64,000 nucleotides of DNA from an uncultured virus (IMG/VR IMGVR_UViG_2860317346_000001) (Duplodnaviria; Heunggongvirae; Uroviricota; Caudoviricetes), in IMG/VR virus record IMGVR_UViG_2860317346_000001, positions 1-64,000 of that record; one strand, given 5' to 3'. The notes below the pieces were generated by a model that saw only the letters and a list, made by a program, of their open reading frames with translations, was not told the origin of the DNA and did no database searches. How positions within the stretch are numbered: position 1 is the stretch's first letter; the number at the start of each line of letters is the position of its first letter. The position numbers and the translations under genes were made by a program. Positions 11,038 through 21,296 of this stretch are shown here, piece after piece.

Positions 11038-12306
11038 ATGAAAATAGCACACGATGTTGATTTAGTTACACTTAAAGCAAACGTTATGAAATGTTTCGCA
11101 GCGAAATATCTTTCAGGTATGAGTCTTGTACCTCACATTGTTGGTAAACCTGGTATCGGTAAATCGGCATTCACTAGAAGTCTCGTGGGAACACACCAAC
11201 ACATGGGTATGAACTTTAACATTGACAGCATGATTGACTTTAGGTCTATGCTACACACACCCGACGAAATTAAAGGGTTATACTTACCTGCACCACCGGG
11301 AACAAAAGAATTTGAAGAAGGTAAATTGTTAAACCACATGGTTTCACACTTCCCATCAAAACCTAACACGTTGTTCGTTTACGAAGAGCTCAACGCTGCT
11401 GACCCTGATGTACAGAAGGCATTGTTGGAGCTCATGCTCGATGAGAAAATTAACGATAAAAAGCTTCCACCATTTACGTATTTCGTTGCTACAGGTAATG
11501 AGAAATCAGATGCGAAAAGAATGTACGATCTCATTGAGCCACTACAGGATAGAGTTATCACGATGAGATACAGTCCATCAGACAATGATATCATTAACAC
11601 GGTTTCAAGATTCAGTTTACCTTTAGGTCAACTATTAGCTAACACACCTACGTACCTAAAAGATGTTAAAAGCGCATCTGGGGACGGATGGTCACCAACG
11701 CCAAGGTTTTTAGAATTTATGTCACCTCTCGTTAACGCTTTCGTTACAGGTAAAATCGAAGCAGGTGCTATGAATAAATATAAAATGACAAAAGTTGCAG
11801 CTGAGCACTGTGATATATGCGATGACATCATCGGTGATGTATTTGGAAACAAAGAATACGTTACATTAAGTGTTGACGACAAAACCGAAGTCGGTGCATT
11901 CTTAGATTTAGTATTTGCAAGCCAATGGCCTACTTTCACTGATGACCTCTCAACTAAAACGAAAAAGATTATCGATTTAGTAAATGAATTAGCTTCAGGT
12001 AAAACCAACGAAAACACCGCTATCATTTTACCAATGGTATTGATGGGATACGACGCTAACAGATTCCAAGAGTACGGTTTATCGTCATATAAAGAAGCTG
12101 TCGATTTATTATTAGATGTAATCGAAGTTAACCAGAGTTCAATGAGAGCTGCTATCCAGTATCTTAACGCTATCGGTGAAACCGAATTCATCAAAAGAGT
12201 TGTTTCATCCATTAGAGTTTTGGGTGATAAGGACCCTAAATACCTTAAGGTCGTACACGAACTAAAACAGTTCGGAGCTGGAGCAAAATACGCATTCGAG
12301 ATTTAA
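11038..12306 (+). CDS. MoxR-like AAA+ ATPase (copy 2)
   Basis: GKPGIGKS, FVYEELN, ATGN, LIEPLQDR, PTPR. Confidence 0.9.
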   Translation: MKIAHDVDLVTLKANVMKCFAAKYLSGMSLVPHIVGKPGIGKSAFTRSLVGTHQHMGMNFNIDSMIDFRSMLHTPDEIKGLYLPAPPGTKEFEEGKLLNHMVSHFPSKPNTLFVYEELNAADPDVQKALLELMLDEKINDKKLPPFTYFVATGNEKSDAKRMYDLIEPLQDRVITMRYSPSDNDIINTVSRFSLPLGQLLANTPTYLKDVKSASGDGWSPTPRFLEFMSPLVNAFVTGKIEAGAMNKYKMTKVAAEHCDICDDIIGDVFGNKEYVTLSVDDKTEVGAFLDLVFASQWPTFTDDLSTKTKKIIDLVNELASGKTNENTAIILPMVLMGYDANRFQEYGLSSYKEAVDLLLDVIEVNQSSMRAAIQYLNAIGETEFIKRVVSSIRVLGDKDPKYLKVVHELKQFGAGAKYAFEI

Positions 12307-12309
12307 TTA

Positions 12310-12633
12310 TTGTCGGTGATTATTATTTCACATGGAAACGGACCGACTGAAGAAATTTATAACGAGATAGTAAACACTAAATTTCATTTTATGTATTGGA
12401 TACGCAGGAAGAAAATACTTGGTGTGAAAAAGTTAGGTTACAAACGATATATTAACGTCATCGAAGGTGAATTACAAGAGTATTTCACCTCTTTTTTACC
12501 CGAATACGAAAGCGCGTCCGGTGACAAAGAATACAGACGTATATTATTTTTACTTAACGAGAGACCCACACGTATAAAGTGGTATTCTATTGCGAAAAAC
12601 ATCATAGACGATAATTGTGTTTTTACAGGATGA
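12310..12633 (+). CDS. Hypothetical protein between MoxR copy 2 and vWA copy 2
   Basis: 107-aa ORF filling the intergenic gap. Confidence 0.6.
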   Translation: MSVIIISHGNGPTEEIYNEIVNTKFHFMYWIRRKKILGVKKLGYKRYINVIEGELQEYFTSFLPEYESASGDKEYRRILFLLNERPTRIKWYSIAKNIIDDNCVFTG

Positions 12634-12646
12634 TTGAGGGATTTTT

Positions 12647-14251
12647 ATGGCTAAATGTGGTATATCTGATGGTGATTTACACGAAATGTTTGAAAGCGGT
12701 AAGCTGGTTAAAGTGTTACCACAACTTATCGGCGTTAATTTCGATAGTGGGTCATTCCCATCGAACGACGAAAAAATGTTAAGTTTATACACGCCCATGT
12801 TTTCATATGTAACCGCTGGGTGTAAGCCTGATGAAATTGCAGCTGTACTAAACCAGCAGTTAAGACCGGAAGAGGTATCGCCGCCCGTGGTACATTCCAT
12901 TATCATGGCAACTAGACCTTTTACAGTTGTTATTGAAGAAGCGGACATCGTTTGTATGAAATTGAAATACCAAGTACCTATGGCTGATGTTAATCGTTTA
13001 AAGTACATTATGATTCACGAATACGGCCACGTGTTTTTAGGACATACAACATCACCGAAACCACCTTGTAAATGTGGTGATTGCCCGATACATGCAATCT
13101 TAACCGACATACACGTCGATACGTGGGTTGGCGCGTTATTAGGTTCATCGATAAACGGTTTTAACGCTACTATTAAGTGTAGACTTAATATGCTAAATGC
13201 GCTGCTCGAAAAATTCACGGACCAAAGACTCAATAAAAAATTAAGTGATATTACATGGTTAGACCTTGTACCTGATTGTAATTTGTGTAAAATGCAAAAA
13301 CAACAAAACCCGAAAAAACCACAACAAAAAGGTCAGTCCGGTGAATGTCAAGAAGGTGAAGGCGACCCTAGTGAAAACCAAGATGGTAACGGCGGACAAG
13401 GAAGTTCAGGTCAAAACGGACAGGGTAACCAACAGAACCAAAATCAAAACGGCCAAAACGGTCAAAACCCCGGCCAAAGTGGTCCAGCTTACGAACAGTT
13501 GAATGCTGACGAAAAACAATTGATAAAATCACATACACAATTAAACAAAACATCACATTCTAGTGTCATCGAAGCTGCTAAACAGAAAATGAAAAACACA
13601 ACTGATATTATCAGTGAAAAACTTAATAATAGCGGTAAAGGTAGTGGTATTGGTGGTAACGAAGAAGTTATACTTGAACCACAGTCATATAAAGAGCTTT
13701 TAGCGACGATGTTCGAAAAGAAACTTTCCAGAAAGAAACGAACGATTTTACCAGGTAAGAAATTCATCTCTACTATATGGAGAAAGGATATGTCACCTAT
13801 CTACCATATTAAGACTGAGGAAATCACAGATAACATACCCGATTGTATACTTATCGATACGAGCGGTTCTATGACCGAACAAGGCATCAAGAGTGTTTTA
13901 TCGAAGGTTATGTCTTACATGGGTGCGTACGATTTAACTGAAGATGATATTAGAATATTTACATTCTCTGGAACATTAATCGAACATAAACTCGACGATA
14001 TATTATCTGGAAAGCTTAGAATCGAATGTGGTGGAACGGATTTAACACCAGCGCTTGACAAATTGGCTGAAATGGATGTTTTGATGGATAACTTTATCGT
14101 TATCACCGATTTATATATCGATGAAACAGATGAAAGGAACTTAATAAATACTGAAGCTTTCATATTTAGTATAAACGAAAGAAACGCATACACGTTTATC
14201 AACCGATACAAATATGAGAATGTTGCTTACATTGATTGTAGTATCGATTAA
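12647..14251 (+). CDS. DUF2201-type metallopeptidase + vWA domain protein (copy 2)
   Basis: HEYGH, Cys cluster CKCGDC, Q/G/N-rich linker, MIDAS DTSGS, GGTD, VITD. Confidence 0.88.
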   Translation: MAKCGISDGDLHEMFESGKLVKVLPQLIGVNFDSGSFPSNDEKMLSLYTPMFSYVTAGCKPDEIAAVLNQQLRPEEVSPPVVHSIIMATRPFTVVIEEADIVCMKLKYQVPMADVNRLKYIMIHEYGHVFLGHTTSPKPPCKCGDCPIHAILTDIHVDTWVGALLGSSINGFNATIKCRLNMLNALLEKFTDQRLNKKLSDITWLDLVPDCNLCKMQKQQNPKKPQQKGQSGECQEGEGDPSENQDGNGGQGSSGQNGQGNQQNQNQNGQNGQNPGQSGPAYEQLNADEKQLIKSHTQLNKTSHSSVIEAAKQKMKNTTDIISEKLNNSGKGSGIGGNEEVILEPQSYKELLATMFEKKLSRKKRTILPGKKFISTIWRKDMSPIYHIKTEEITDNIPDCILIDTSGSMTEQGIKSVLSKVMSYMGAYDLTEDDIRIFTFSGTLIEHKLDDILSGKLRIECGGTDLTPALDKLAEMDVLMDNFIVITDLYIDETDERNLINTEAFIFSINERNAYTFINRYKYENVAYIDCSID

Positions 14252-14264
14252 TTGGTGGTTATTT

Positions 14265-14639
14265 ATGTCTATGGTTGGAACTACTACGCTTTGTAAAATA
14301 TACGGTACATTACACGTGGCACCCACACGCATTACAACTGAAGGCTGTGAGATGCATGAGATGTTTTACAACTTATATCTAAAAAATCTTACATCCAAAA
14401 CATATACCACTTTTGACGAGTTAATTGAACGGGGTTTATTATTAATCGATGATTACGATAAGTTCTACGCAATTAATTTCGTATCAGCTGGTATAGTTAA
14501 CCCATTTATCTTTATAGAAGATTCGGAAGAAAACTTATTTTATACCAAAAACGGTTTACGTGTAACCAAATTATTCAAGAAAGATGAAGTTACAGATAAC
14601 CTCGCAAAATTGCTAGATGATATATATGCTTCCGCATGA
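14265..14639 (+). CDS. Hypothetical protein
   Basis: Start moved to ATG 14265 after GGTGG. Confidence 0.65.
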   Translation: MSMVGTTTLCKIYGTLHVAPTRITTEGCEMHEMFYNLYLKNLTSKTYTTFDELIERGLLLIDDYDKFYAINFVSAGIVNPFIFIEDSEENLFYTKNGLRVTKLFKKDEVTDNLAKLLDDIYASA

Positions 14640-15072
14640 GTGGAGTAACGAAGCGACCGCTATGATGGATTTATTCATCGGCGATGGTATGTACGGGATA
14701 TTCGGAAAATACGTCAATATACTTTATAATGTTGATAAAAACGTTGATAATAACGCAGATGTTTCGACTGTAGCTTATTACGCCGAAACATACGTTAAAC
14801 AGTACATTGAAGATAATAAACATGTTATATCTCCTTTTATTTTGAGTAGATTAGAAGCTATTTTACCAAACGTTATATGGGAAGAAATAGCTGCAGCTAT
14901 ACTCGAAAATACACAGACCATATACGATGAATTTGACCGATGGGGAGAATTGTATATGACAGCGATACTAAAGGAAAACGTTACGCTGCTTGAAAATAAA
15001 AATATACGAACAGCGTTACAGAAACATGGTTATTTAATTGAAAGTGAATTGTTTGTCGATAATTTAGAATAA
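14617..15072 (+). CDS. Hypothetical protein
   Basis: 151-aa ORF followed by a T-tract. Confidence 0.65.
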   Translation: MIYMLPHEWSNEATAMMDLFIGDGMYGIFGKYVNILYNVDKNVDNNADVSTVAYYAETYVKQYIEDNKHVISPFILSRLEAILPNVIWEEIAAAILENTQTIYDEFDRWGELYMTAILKENVTLLENKNIRTALQKHGYLIESELFVDNLE

Positions 15073-15091
15073 AACTTTTTTTGGTGAGTAT

Positions 15092-16330
15092 ATGTTAATT
15101 AGAATAGCGCAGCGTATGTTAATTAAACGTGTCGATTTAAGCGGAGACTGTATTACGTGGTACAATTACTTAAACGGACGACCGATTAATAAACGTACGT
15201 TGAGATTCAGAACTGTACCATCAGCTAAGTTTTATGGTCGGATAACACACGTTAACGACTACTGGATTACCGAAAATGGTACAGAAATCATACGGAACAG
15301 TAGAGATATCGATGAACGACACTACGATAATTTAGATGATTTAATGTATTCGGTGGCTACACGTGGTGTTGATAATTATCGACCAGGCTGGTTTGATGTA
15401 AGACCTGAAGAATGTGAAGCGTTGTGTAAAGTTTGGTGTGAAAACCTAAACCAGTACGATACCATATCCGGGTATACGCCAACTAATTCGTTTTACGAAA
15501 TAAAATGCGTTTACAACCCAAAATTAAAAACCGAAGATAAGTATCTAATTTTAGGTGCGTATATGTGGGTGGAAGACTATTATGGTTTCTGGGGCCAGCT
15601 TCATGACGAATTACAGCAAACCAAAGGTATGTCGCTGAAAGTGTTAAAACACTCACCGGACCCTGACCGTTATTATACGTTAGACGGTTTCCGTAAATTA
15701 TCACCTACGACTATAACGCGGTTGTATATCCAATACCATTGCGGTAAACCGGTTAATATTTCAAATTGTTCAAAATCACTATTGCTCGAAAAATTACCGG
15801 AATTACAAGATAAATACCTGAAGAAAAACGTACAAAATAAAAATTTACACTATGTTGGTTACACTAAAGGTAGATACGGTGTAAAATTACCGATATTCGA
15901 TTATTTCGGCGATCGTTATGTTCGTGGCGAGCGTATGCGTTACATGAAGGAAACATATACTGGAATGAGTAAATTAGCTAAATACAATAGCAGTTACCGA
16001 TTTTATTCCGCGACAGCCGACGAAGGGGTTAAACGTTTAGATGAAACTCCTGAACAGTCTGACCCGTATATTATATTCGGTATAGGTGACGAAGATATCG
16101 CTATACTGTTCCTTGATGGAACCGGGGATAGCAATGCCCTCGACGAACATACACGTATGTATACGATGACACACGCGTCAGCTTTAGATTACATGTCCTG
16201 GTACGATGAAATTTACTGCGCGTATAAGGATTACGTTGAAGGTGCATTCATGTTTACATTCGAGCAGGCTTTCGTATTTAATGACATTTATCGGTTCATT
16301 GAAGGTGAATTAAAATGTACCACGCAGTAA
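15092..16330 (+). CDS. Hypothetical protein, family X (C-terminal half paralogous to 17333..18034)
   Basis: YVGY..LPIFDY and GVKRLDET..DPYIIFGI motifs shared with 17333. Confidence 0.8.
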   Translation: MLIRIAQRMLIKRVDLSGDCITWYNYLNGRPINKRTLRFRTVPSAKFYGRITHVNDYWITENGTEIIRNSRDIDERHYDNLDDLMYSVATRGVDNYRPGWFDVRPEECEALCKVWCENLNQYDTISGYTPTNSFYEIKCVYNPKLKTEDKYLILGAYMWVEDYYGFWGQLHDELQQTKGMSLKVLKHSPDPDRYYTLDGFRKLSPTTITRLYIQYHCGKPVNISNCSKSLLLEKLPELQDKYLKKNVQNKNLHYVGYTKGRYGVKLPIFDYFGDRYVRGERMRYMKETYTGMSKLAKYNSSYRFYSATADEGVKRLDETPEQSDPYIIFGIGDEDIAILFLDGTGDSNALDEHTRMYTMTHASALDYMSWYDEIYCAYKDYVEGAFMFTFEQAFVFNDIYRFIEGELKCTTQ

Positions 16331-16881
16331 TTGACAACGAATACATATACGCCGATGATGACTGCGAATTTTACATTATTAATGATTCGCTTGAGCAAGA
16401 TTACCTTTACCTAGGTGAAGTGTTATGGCGCTATATTCGAAACCACTACGATAAAGTATCTGTAATTTACACAAAACGTACCAACCGTAAAATTGGAAAT
16501 ATATTTGACGATGACCGTGGACCATTTTTTATTGTATTCAAAAATAACGATTCACCTATCATTAACGTAATTGGTAAAGATAATTGTATTGACGTTGATA
16601 TGGACTGGAGTATGGGTATGTTACTGGATAAATGCACACCCGAAACCATTGTTGAAACTTTAATCGACATTATTGTAACTGACGCGAGAGTTGAATACCC
16701 GTTAAGCGGTTGCACATTCCTGGAGTTCACGGACCGTTTTGGTAAAACTTTATCAAACACATCGCATATACGAGCTAATTTGTCACCGGAAATGATGGTA
16801 AGTATGGTTAAATTGTACGAAAACGCGTTAAGCAAAGTATTTAACGGTTCGTTTACATGGCAACCTTACTACGAATTATAG
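16315..16881 (+). CDS. Hypothetical protein, family Y
   Basis: N-terminal ID..Y...IINDSL motif. Confidence 0.72.
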   Translation: MYHAVIDNEYIYADDDCEFYIINDSLEQDYLYLGEVLWRYIRNHYDKVSVIYTKRTNRKIGNIFDDDRGPFFIVFKNNDSPIINVIGKDNCIDVDMDWSMGMLLDKCTPETIVETLIDIIVTDARVEYPLSGCTFLEFTDRFGKTLSNTSHIRANLSPEMMVSMVKLYENALSKVFNGSFTWQPYYEL

Positions 16882-16884
16882 TAT

Positions 16885-17343
16885 GTGATTAACATGATAA
16901 ATGGAATTGATTACGAGAATTTAATCTTCACTGATGACGGTGACGTGGTTATTATTGATGATGACCTCGAAGGTATATACGTATCTATGCGAGATATAGT
17001 CGCTGATGTATTCGATGTTCGTAGCGGAAGTGTAACACACGTTCACACGTCAGAATACTATGACATTTTGTATTGGTATAATGATAAATTCAGCTATAAA
17101 ATTATCGTCTACGATAGACGTGACTTAGCTGGGTTCACACCGATTAATATCGAATCAGATAAACGTGCTGCCTTGGTTGATGCCCTTAAAGTATACATGG
17201 ACGAAGTCAGTCGCAAATCGTATAATGGATTATGTGATAAATTAACACCAAATGCGAACACTAAAGCTAAAGCTAAGGTTTCTAGTGTAATCGATATGCT
17301 TATCGGTAGAGTTTATGGTTCGGTGATGTCACTTGCTTGCTAA
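16885..17343 (+). CDS. Hypothetical protein, family Y
   Basis: N-terminal ID...IIDDDL motif. Confidence 0.72.
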   Translation: MINMINGIDYENLIFTDDGDVVIIDDDLEGIYVSMRDIVADVFDVRSGSVTHVHTSEYYDILYWYNDKFSYKIIVYDRRDLAGFTPINIESDKRAALVDALKVYMDEVSRKSYNGLCDKLTPNANTKAKAKVSSVIDMLIGRVYGSVMSLAC

Positions 17344-18034
17344 CATGGGTTTTGGATATAAATACATAACGTATAGTATGCTACAGCGTTGGCCAAATGA
17401 AAAATTAGTGGCAGCGTACGTCGAATTGTCAGGTGAATACCAAATTTATGACGATTTGCTGTATGATATTACCAACGCAAACGAATTTTATAATTTTACT
17501 AAAAAGCGTATAATTGAATCTATCGTAATGATGCAGGACCGCCATTTATTTGATGTGACGTACAATAACCGTTACGGACCGATAAAATATGCTGGTTCTA
17601 TATCCCGAGGTAGCCAAACATATCCAGTGTTTGAATACAATAAAACCTGGTATTCTAGTGGTTATAACATTGATAAAAATCCATTCGCAACGTGGATAGA
17701 GTACGCTGAGAAAGAAAAAGATTACGATAAATGGTTTACAGTGTCAACTGGTTTTGGTCTTGAAGATTTGAGACGTACGACCGATTCAGATAACCCTGTG
17801 TTGATGTTGGGTGTCACACCGGATAATTATTTAGCTACGTTAGTGATTTATGATGACAACGATGCCATAAATAAATCTTCCAGTATGTTAATCGACACGG
17901 ATATATCATACGAAGAACTATACAGCCGTTTAGTAAAGTTGAAGAGTATATATATGCGTGGTTTACGTTATAGTGATGCTTACGAATTAATCAATTTAAT
18001 TTACGATAAATTACAGGAATTTAGAATTGAGTGA
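17333..18034 (+). CDS. Hypothetical protein, family X
   Basis: YAGS..YPVFEY and GLEDLRRT..NPVLMLGV motifs. Confidence 0.75.
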   Translation: MLANMGFGYKYITYSMLQRWPNEKLVAAYVELSGEYQIYDDLLYDITNANEFYNFTKKRIIESIVMMQDRHLFDVTYNNRYGPIKYAGSISRGSQTYPVFEYNKTWYSSGYNIDKNPFATWIEYAEKEKDYDKWFTVSTGFGLEDLRRTTDSDNPVLMLGVTPDNYLATLVIYDDNDAINKSSSMLIDTDISYEELYSRLVKLKSIYMRGLRYSDAYELINLIYDKLQEFRIE

Positions 18035-18545
18035 TACAATGATGATACCCATTTTACTTGACGGTATATCGTATGTAGTTGATACTGACACGTATCGTGT
18101 GCGATTCGTTATGATTGATGATGATTTTCAGGATATACCGGTTTATAAATCGGATTTCATTAAATCAGCGTTTAAAGAGTATTGTAATGTTAAACACGCG
18201 ATTAAAGCTTCAACGTTTTCATACGAAGGGGTTGAGTATGGTGTGGGTACCGTTGGTTCCAGGCATATCATTTTATGTGTAAACGATTCATTACTCGAAG
18301 ATGCTATCAAAGATTTTGAAATTAAAAGTGTAAACGATGACGAAGTTATGTTAACGAAAGTGTTTGACATTATTGAACGGTTTTCATTTAACATCCCAAT
18401 CGCATCGGATTCGTTGCTTGATTACGTTAAATGTGTTAAACGTAGTGTTGTAGCAAATAATACGAAGTGGTCCAATTCATTGAAGCAGGACCCGGCTTGG
18501 GTATTGTGGCGGTACATGAAAGAAACTGGTGTTATTGATGATTAA
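18027..18545 (+). CDS. Hypothetical protein, family Y
   Basis: PILLDGISY...MIDDDF. Confidence 0.72.
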   Translation: MSDTMMIPILLDGISYVVDTDTYRVRFVMIDDDFQDIPVYKSDFIKSAFKEYCNVKHAIKASTFSYEGVEYGVGTVGSRHIILCVNDSLLEDAIKDFEIKSVNDDEVMLTKVFDIIERFSFNIPIASDSLLDYVKCVKRSVVANNTKWSNSLKQDPAWVLWRYMKETGVIDD

Positions 18546-19023
18546 ACCGTTAATCATAGATGATATTGCTTATTATCTGGATAATGCTACCGGTAATGTG
18601 TATTCGATAGCTGATGATTTTACAATTGAAACACACTCGACACCAGCGATACTTTACAGTTATTTAGCTAAAACGTACGAACATGTTACAGCGGAAATGA
18701 AAGAACGACGTTATTATGATGGTCAAACTTTTACGAAGATGGTTTTTTCTGAAGATATTTCAACTTCAATTAACATCATATACTGTGAAAATTTTACATA
18801 CGCCGAACAGTTATTGGCGATAGCTGAAATATACCAAGCTAAACACAACGCTATATGTGACCTAGAATCCGCATTCGATATGTTCGTAGATAATAACGCG
18901 TTAAAGTTTAATTGTGATGGTGATGGTGAATCTCGGTTAATTTCATCACAACCAACCCCGGATGGTGCGCTTTTAGCCTATAACGCGCTTCGGGTTGCTA
19001 GAGCCAATTACGGTGAATTTTAA
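18529..19023 (+). CDS. Hypothetical protein, family Y
   Basis: PLIIDDIAY...SIADDF; followed by a T10 tract. Confidence 0.72.
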   Translation: MLLMIKPLIIDDIAYYLDNATGNVYSIADDFTIETHSTPAILYSYLAKTYEHVTAEMKERRYYDGQTFTKMVFSEDISTSINIIYCENFTYAEQLLAIAEIYQAKHNAICDLESAFDMFVDNNALKFNCDGDGESRLISSQPTPDGALLAYNALRVARANYGEF

Positions 19024-19027
19024 TTTA

Positions 19028-19036
19028 TTTTTTTTT
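19028..19036 (+). terminator. Oligo-T archaeal-type terminator (representative; similar tracts near 10561, 15076, 29274, 53451)
   Basis: Long T-run directly after a stop codon at an operon end. Confidence 0.5.
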
Positions 19037-19077
19037 ATGATTATATATTGATATATCTAAATCTATTGGTGGTTATA

Positions 19078-19677
19078 TTGCGAAGCATCATCAGTTTCGG
19101 TAACACCAAGCTAAACACTATTTTCAACTTTAACCTTCCTGCAGTAACGACGTGTCCAGGTGCGACACAGACGTGTCTTGATGCGTGTTATGCCAATAAA
19201 AGGCGGTACAAGTGGGATAACATAAAATCGAAATATGAGTTTAACTTGCGGTTATCACGAAACGCTGAGAAATTTACGACGGCACTTAAGTCGTTTTTAA
19301 TTTTGAATGACGAACTTGATGATTCAAGAAAAATTATGAGAATACACACGTCCGGTGACTTTTACTCAAACGAATATATCAAAGCGTGGCAGGAAATCGT
19401 AGGTTACGACGACAGCTGGACCTTTTATGGGTACACCAGAAGTTGGCGTTGTGATAACCTAATTGACGAATTGAACGTTTTACGGAATAATGATAATGTT
19501 AACATTTTTGCTTCAACCGATAAAGACAGCGGTGAACCACCAAAAGGTTGGCTCGAAGCTGCGTTTTTGAAAGCTTACAGTAGTGAATATAAAGAATGCC
19601 ACAGGGACATGCATTGTGACCAGTGCCGACACTGCCTTACAGGTGCAGGTAATGTGTGTTTCATGAAATCGATTTAA
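19078..19677 (+). CDS. GP88-like phage protein (radical-SAM-related Cys motif)
   Basis: FNLPAVTTCPGATQTCLDACYA, RIHTSGDFYS, YTR, C-terminal CxxCxxC; TTG start after GGTGG. Confidence 0.75.
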   Translation: MRSIISFGNTKLNTIFNFNLPAVTTCPGATQTCLDACYANKRRYKWDNIKSKYEFNLRLSRNAEKFTTALKSFLILNDELDDSRKIMRIHTSGDFYSNEYIKAWQEIVGYDDSWTFYGYTRSWRCDNLIDELNVLRNNDNVNIFASTDKDSGEPPKGWLEAAFLKAYSSEYKECHRDMHCDQCRHCLTGAGNVCFMKSI

Positions 19678-19798
19678 TTCAGCTGCTGTATCAAGTATTT
19701 ATATTATCCACGATTACGATTCTTTTGAAAGAGTTATTCTGAGTAACGTTTAGGTGATAAACCGTAACGTTATACGCACGCTTAAGTAGGTGTTGAAC

Positions 19799-20377
19799 AT
19801 GGTCAAAATTATAGCATTTACGGGTCCAGCCAGTAGTGGAAAAACCACAATTATCGATGCGATGATTGCGGACCTTGAAGATAAAGATAAAAAAGTTATC
19901 AGAATTAGTAACGTTACACGTGATGTATTCACTTTATACAGCACACGCTACGGTGTAACAAGTTTAGATGATTTACGTGATAAACCTGCGGTTGTATTTC
20001 AGTTTCAGAAAGATTGTATAGCTCGACAGATTGCAATGGAAATGTCTGCGAAATTAGAAGATGTTGATTTTGTTATATCTGACAGGTCAGTATTCGATTA
20101 CATGGTATACGCAAGTATATTCATGCGGTTTGATGACTACGTTGAGTATATAAAGGTGTACGAACAACAATTACATGTAAGTAGGTATGATGAATTGGTT
20201 TATACCGAACCACTAACCTATGTCGCAGATAACTTCAGGACTACTGAAGGTCGTGAAGCTGAAATATGTATTTACGAAAAAAGCATTAAACCATTAGCGA
20301 CGTTAGTGTTACCAAATACTTCGGTTGAAAATCGTTTGAATTATGTAGAAGGTAAATTAGAGAGTGTTGTTAGCTAA
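19799..20377 (+). CDS. P-loop nucleotide kinase (AAA_28/NadR/dNMP-kinase-like)
   Basis: IAFTGPASSGKTT, ISDRSVFDY. Confidence 0.8.
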   Translation: MVKIIAFTGPASSGKTTIIDAMIADLEDKDKKVIRISNVTRDVFTLYSTRYGVTSLDDLRDKPAVVFQFQKDCIARQIAMEMSAKLEDVDFVISDRSVFDYMVYASIFMRFDDYVEYIKVYEQQLHVSRYDELVYTEPLTYVADNFRTTEGREAEICIYEKSIKPLATLVLPNTSVENRLNYVEGKLESVVS

Positions 20378-20420
20378 ATTACCCTCACTTTGATTTTACA
20401 GTTACATATACAGTTATCAA

Positions 20421-21017
20421 TTATTTACGTGACTTTTTTACCCTTTTTACAGCATACGGGTTTGCTTCTTCAAGTTTTTTCGCGTAGTTTATAATACTAA
20501 CTACTGCATGTTCGTACATTGCAACTAAACCTGGTTTAAGTGCGTCTGGTAACGTTTGACTTTTACAATCATCTGTACACTCGACGTATTTAATCGTTTT
20601 TAGCGCACGTACTACACTCTGAAAATCCTTATCTGAATTTATTCGTATGGGCGTGTTGTCTACCAACAGCCTATGTATGTCTATTTCTGCCTGCATCATA
20701 CGCTTTTCGTCCACCAAAGTGTTACATTCAAGCGTTTTTACAGTTAGCGCTTTTCTAGTTTCTTCCAAATCTTTACGTAAACTGTCAACGTATAATTTCG
20801 TTGCATCTTCGTTACCTTCAGCCAGTACTAGCGGGTTCGATAAAATCTTATTTAACCCCTCTGATCGATTGTCAAGTTTATGTATCTTAACATAGGTATC
20901 AATGTTACGTAAACTAAACGGAGTTATAGAAAAGGTTTTCTTTTCTTTCTTCGTACCTGAAGCTTTAGAACCATAGGTTTTAGGTGTTTCAGGTATATCA
21001 TCGACAAAACCTGTCAA
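20421..21017 (-). CDS. Ribbon-helix-helix DNA-binding protein with coiled coil
   Basis: KKTFSIT strand, helix, then NRSEGLNKIL as in CopG/RHH proteins; GGAGGGG RBS; diverges from the non-coding region. Confidence 0.6.
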   Translation of the reverse strand: MTGFVDDIPETPKTYGSKASGTKKEKKTFSITPFSLRNIDTYVKIHKLDNRSEGLNKILSNPLVLAEGNEDATKLYVDSLRKDLEETRKALTVKTLECNTLVDEKRMMQAEIDIHRLLVDNTPIRINSDKDFQSVVRALKTIKYVECTDDCKSQTLPDALKPGLVAMYEHAVVSIINYAKKLEEANPYAVKRVKKSRK

Positions 21018-21262
21018 TGCTTCCCCTCCTACGTTATGTCATTGTGCATACTCACGTCTATCAAAGTTGATAAATGGTGTACAAGCTAACAAACGTAGCT
21101 GGTGACCATTAAACGAGTATATCATATTCTCGATAGTATTAACCTGTCATTACGACATGTAACACTAACAATGAATTCTGTTTGTGGATACTATATATAT
21201 TTTATGCTTTAATCGTCAGTACAACAAAAAAAGTTACCCGTACGGTGATAATACGGATAAAT

Positions 21263-21277
21263 CGAAACATTTATATA
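21263..21277 (+). promoter_or_regulatory. Archaeal BRE/TATA-like promoter
   Basis: CGAAACA-TTTATATA, about 25 nt upstream of the structured element. Confidence 0.45.
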
Positions 21278-21296
21278 GCGAATATAACATACATAA

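Noticed and set aside
4752..14332. Numerous antisense ORFs (e.g. 4778-5278, 11628-12212, 12550-13008)
   Set aside because: They are shadows of well-supported plus-strand genes
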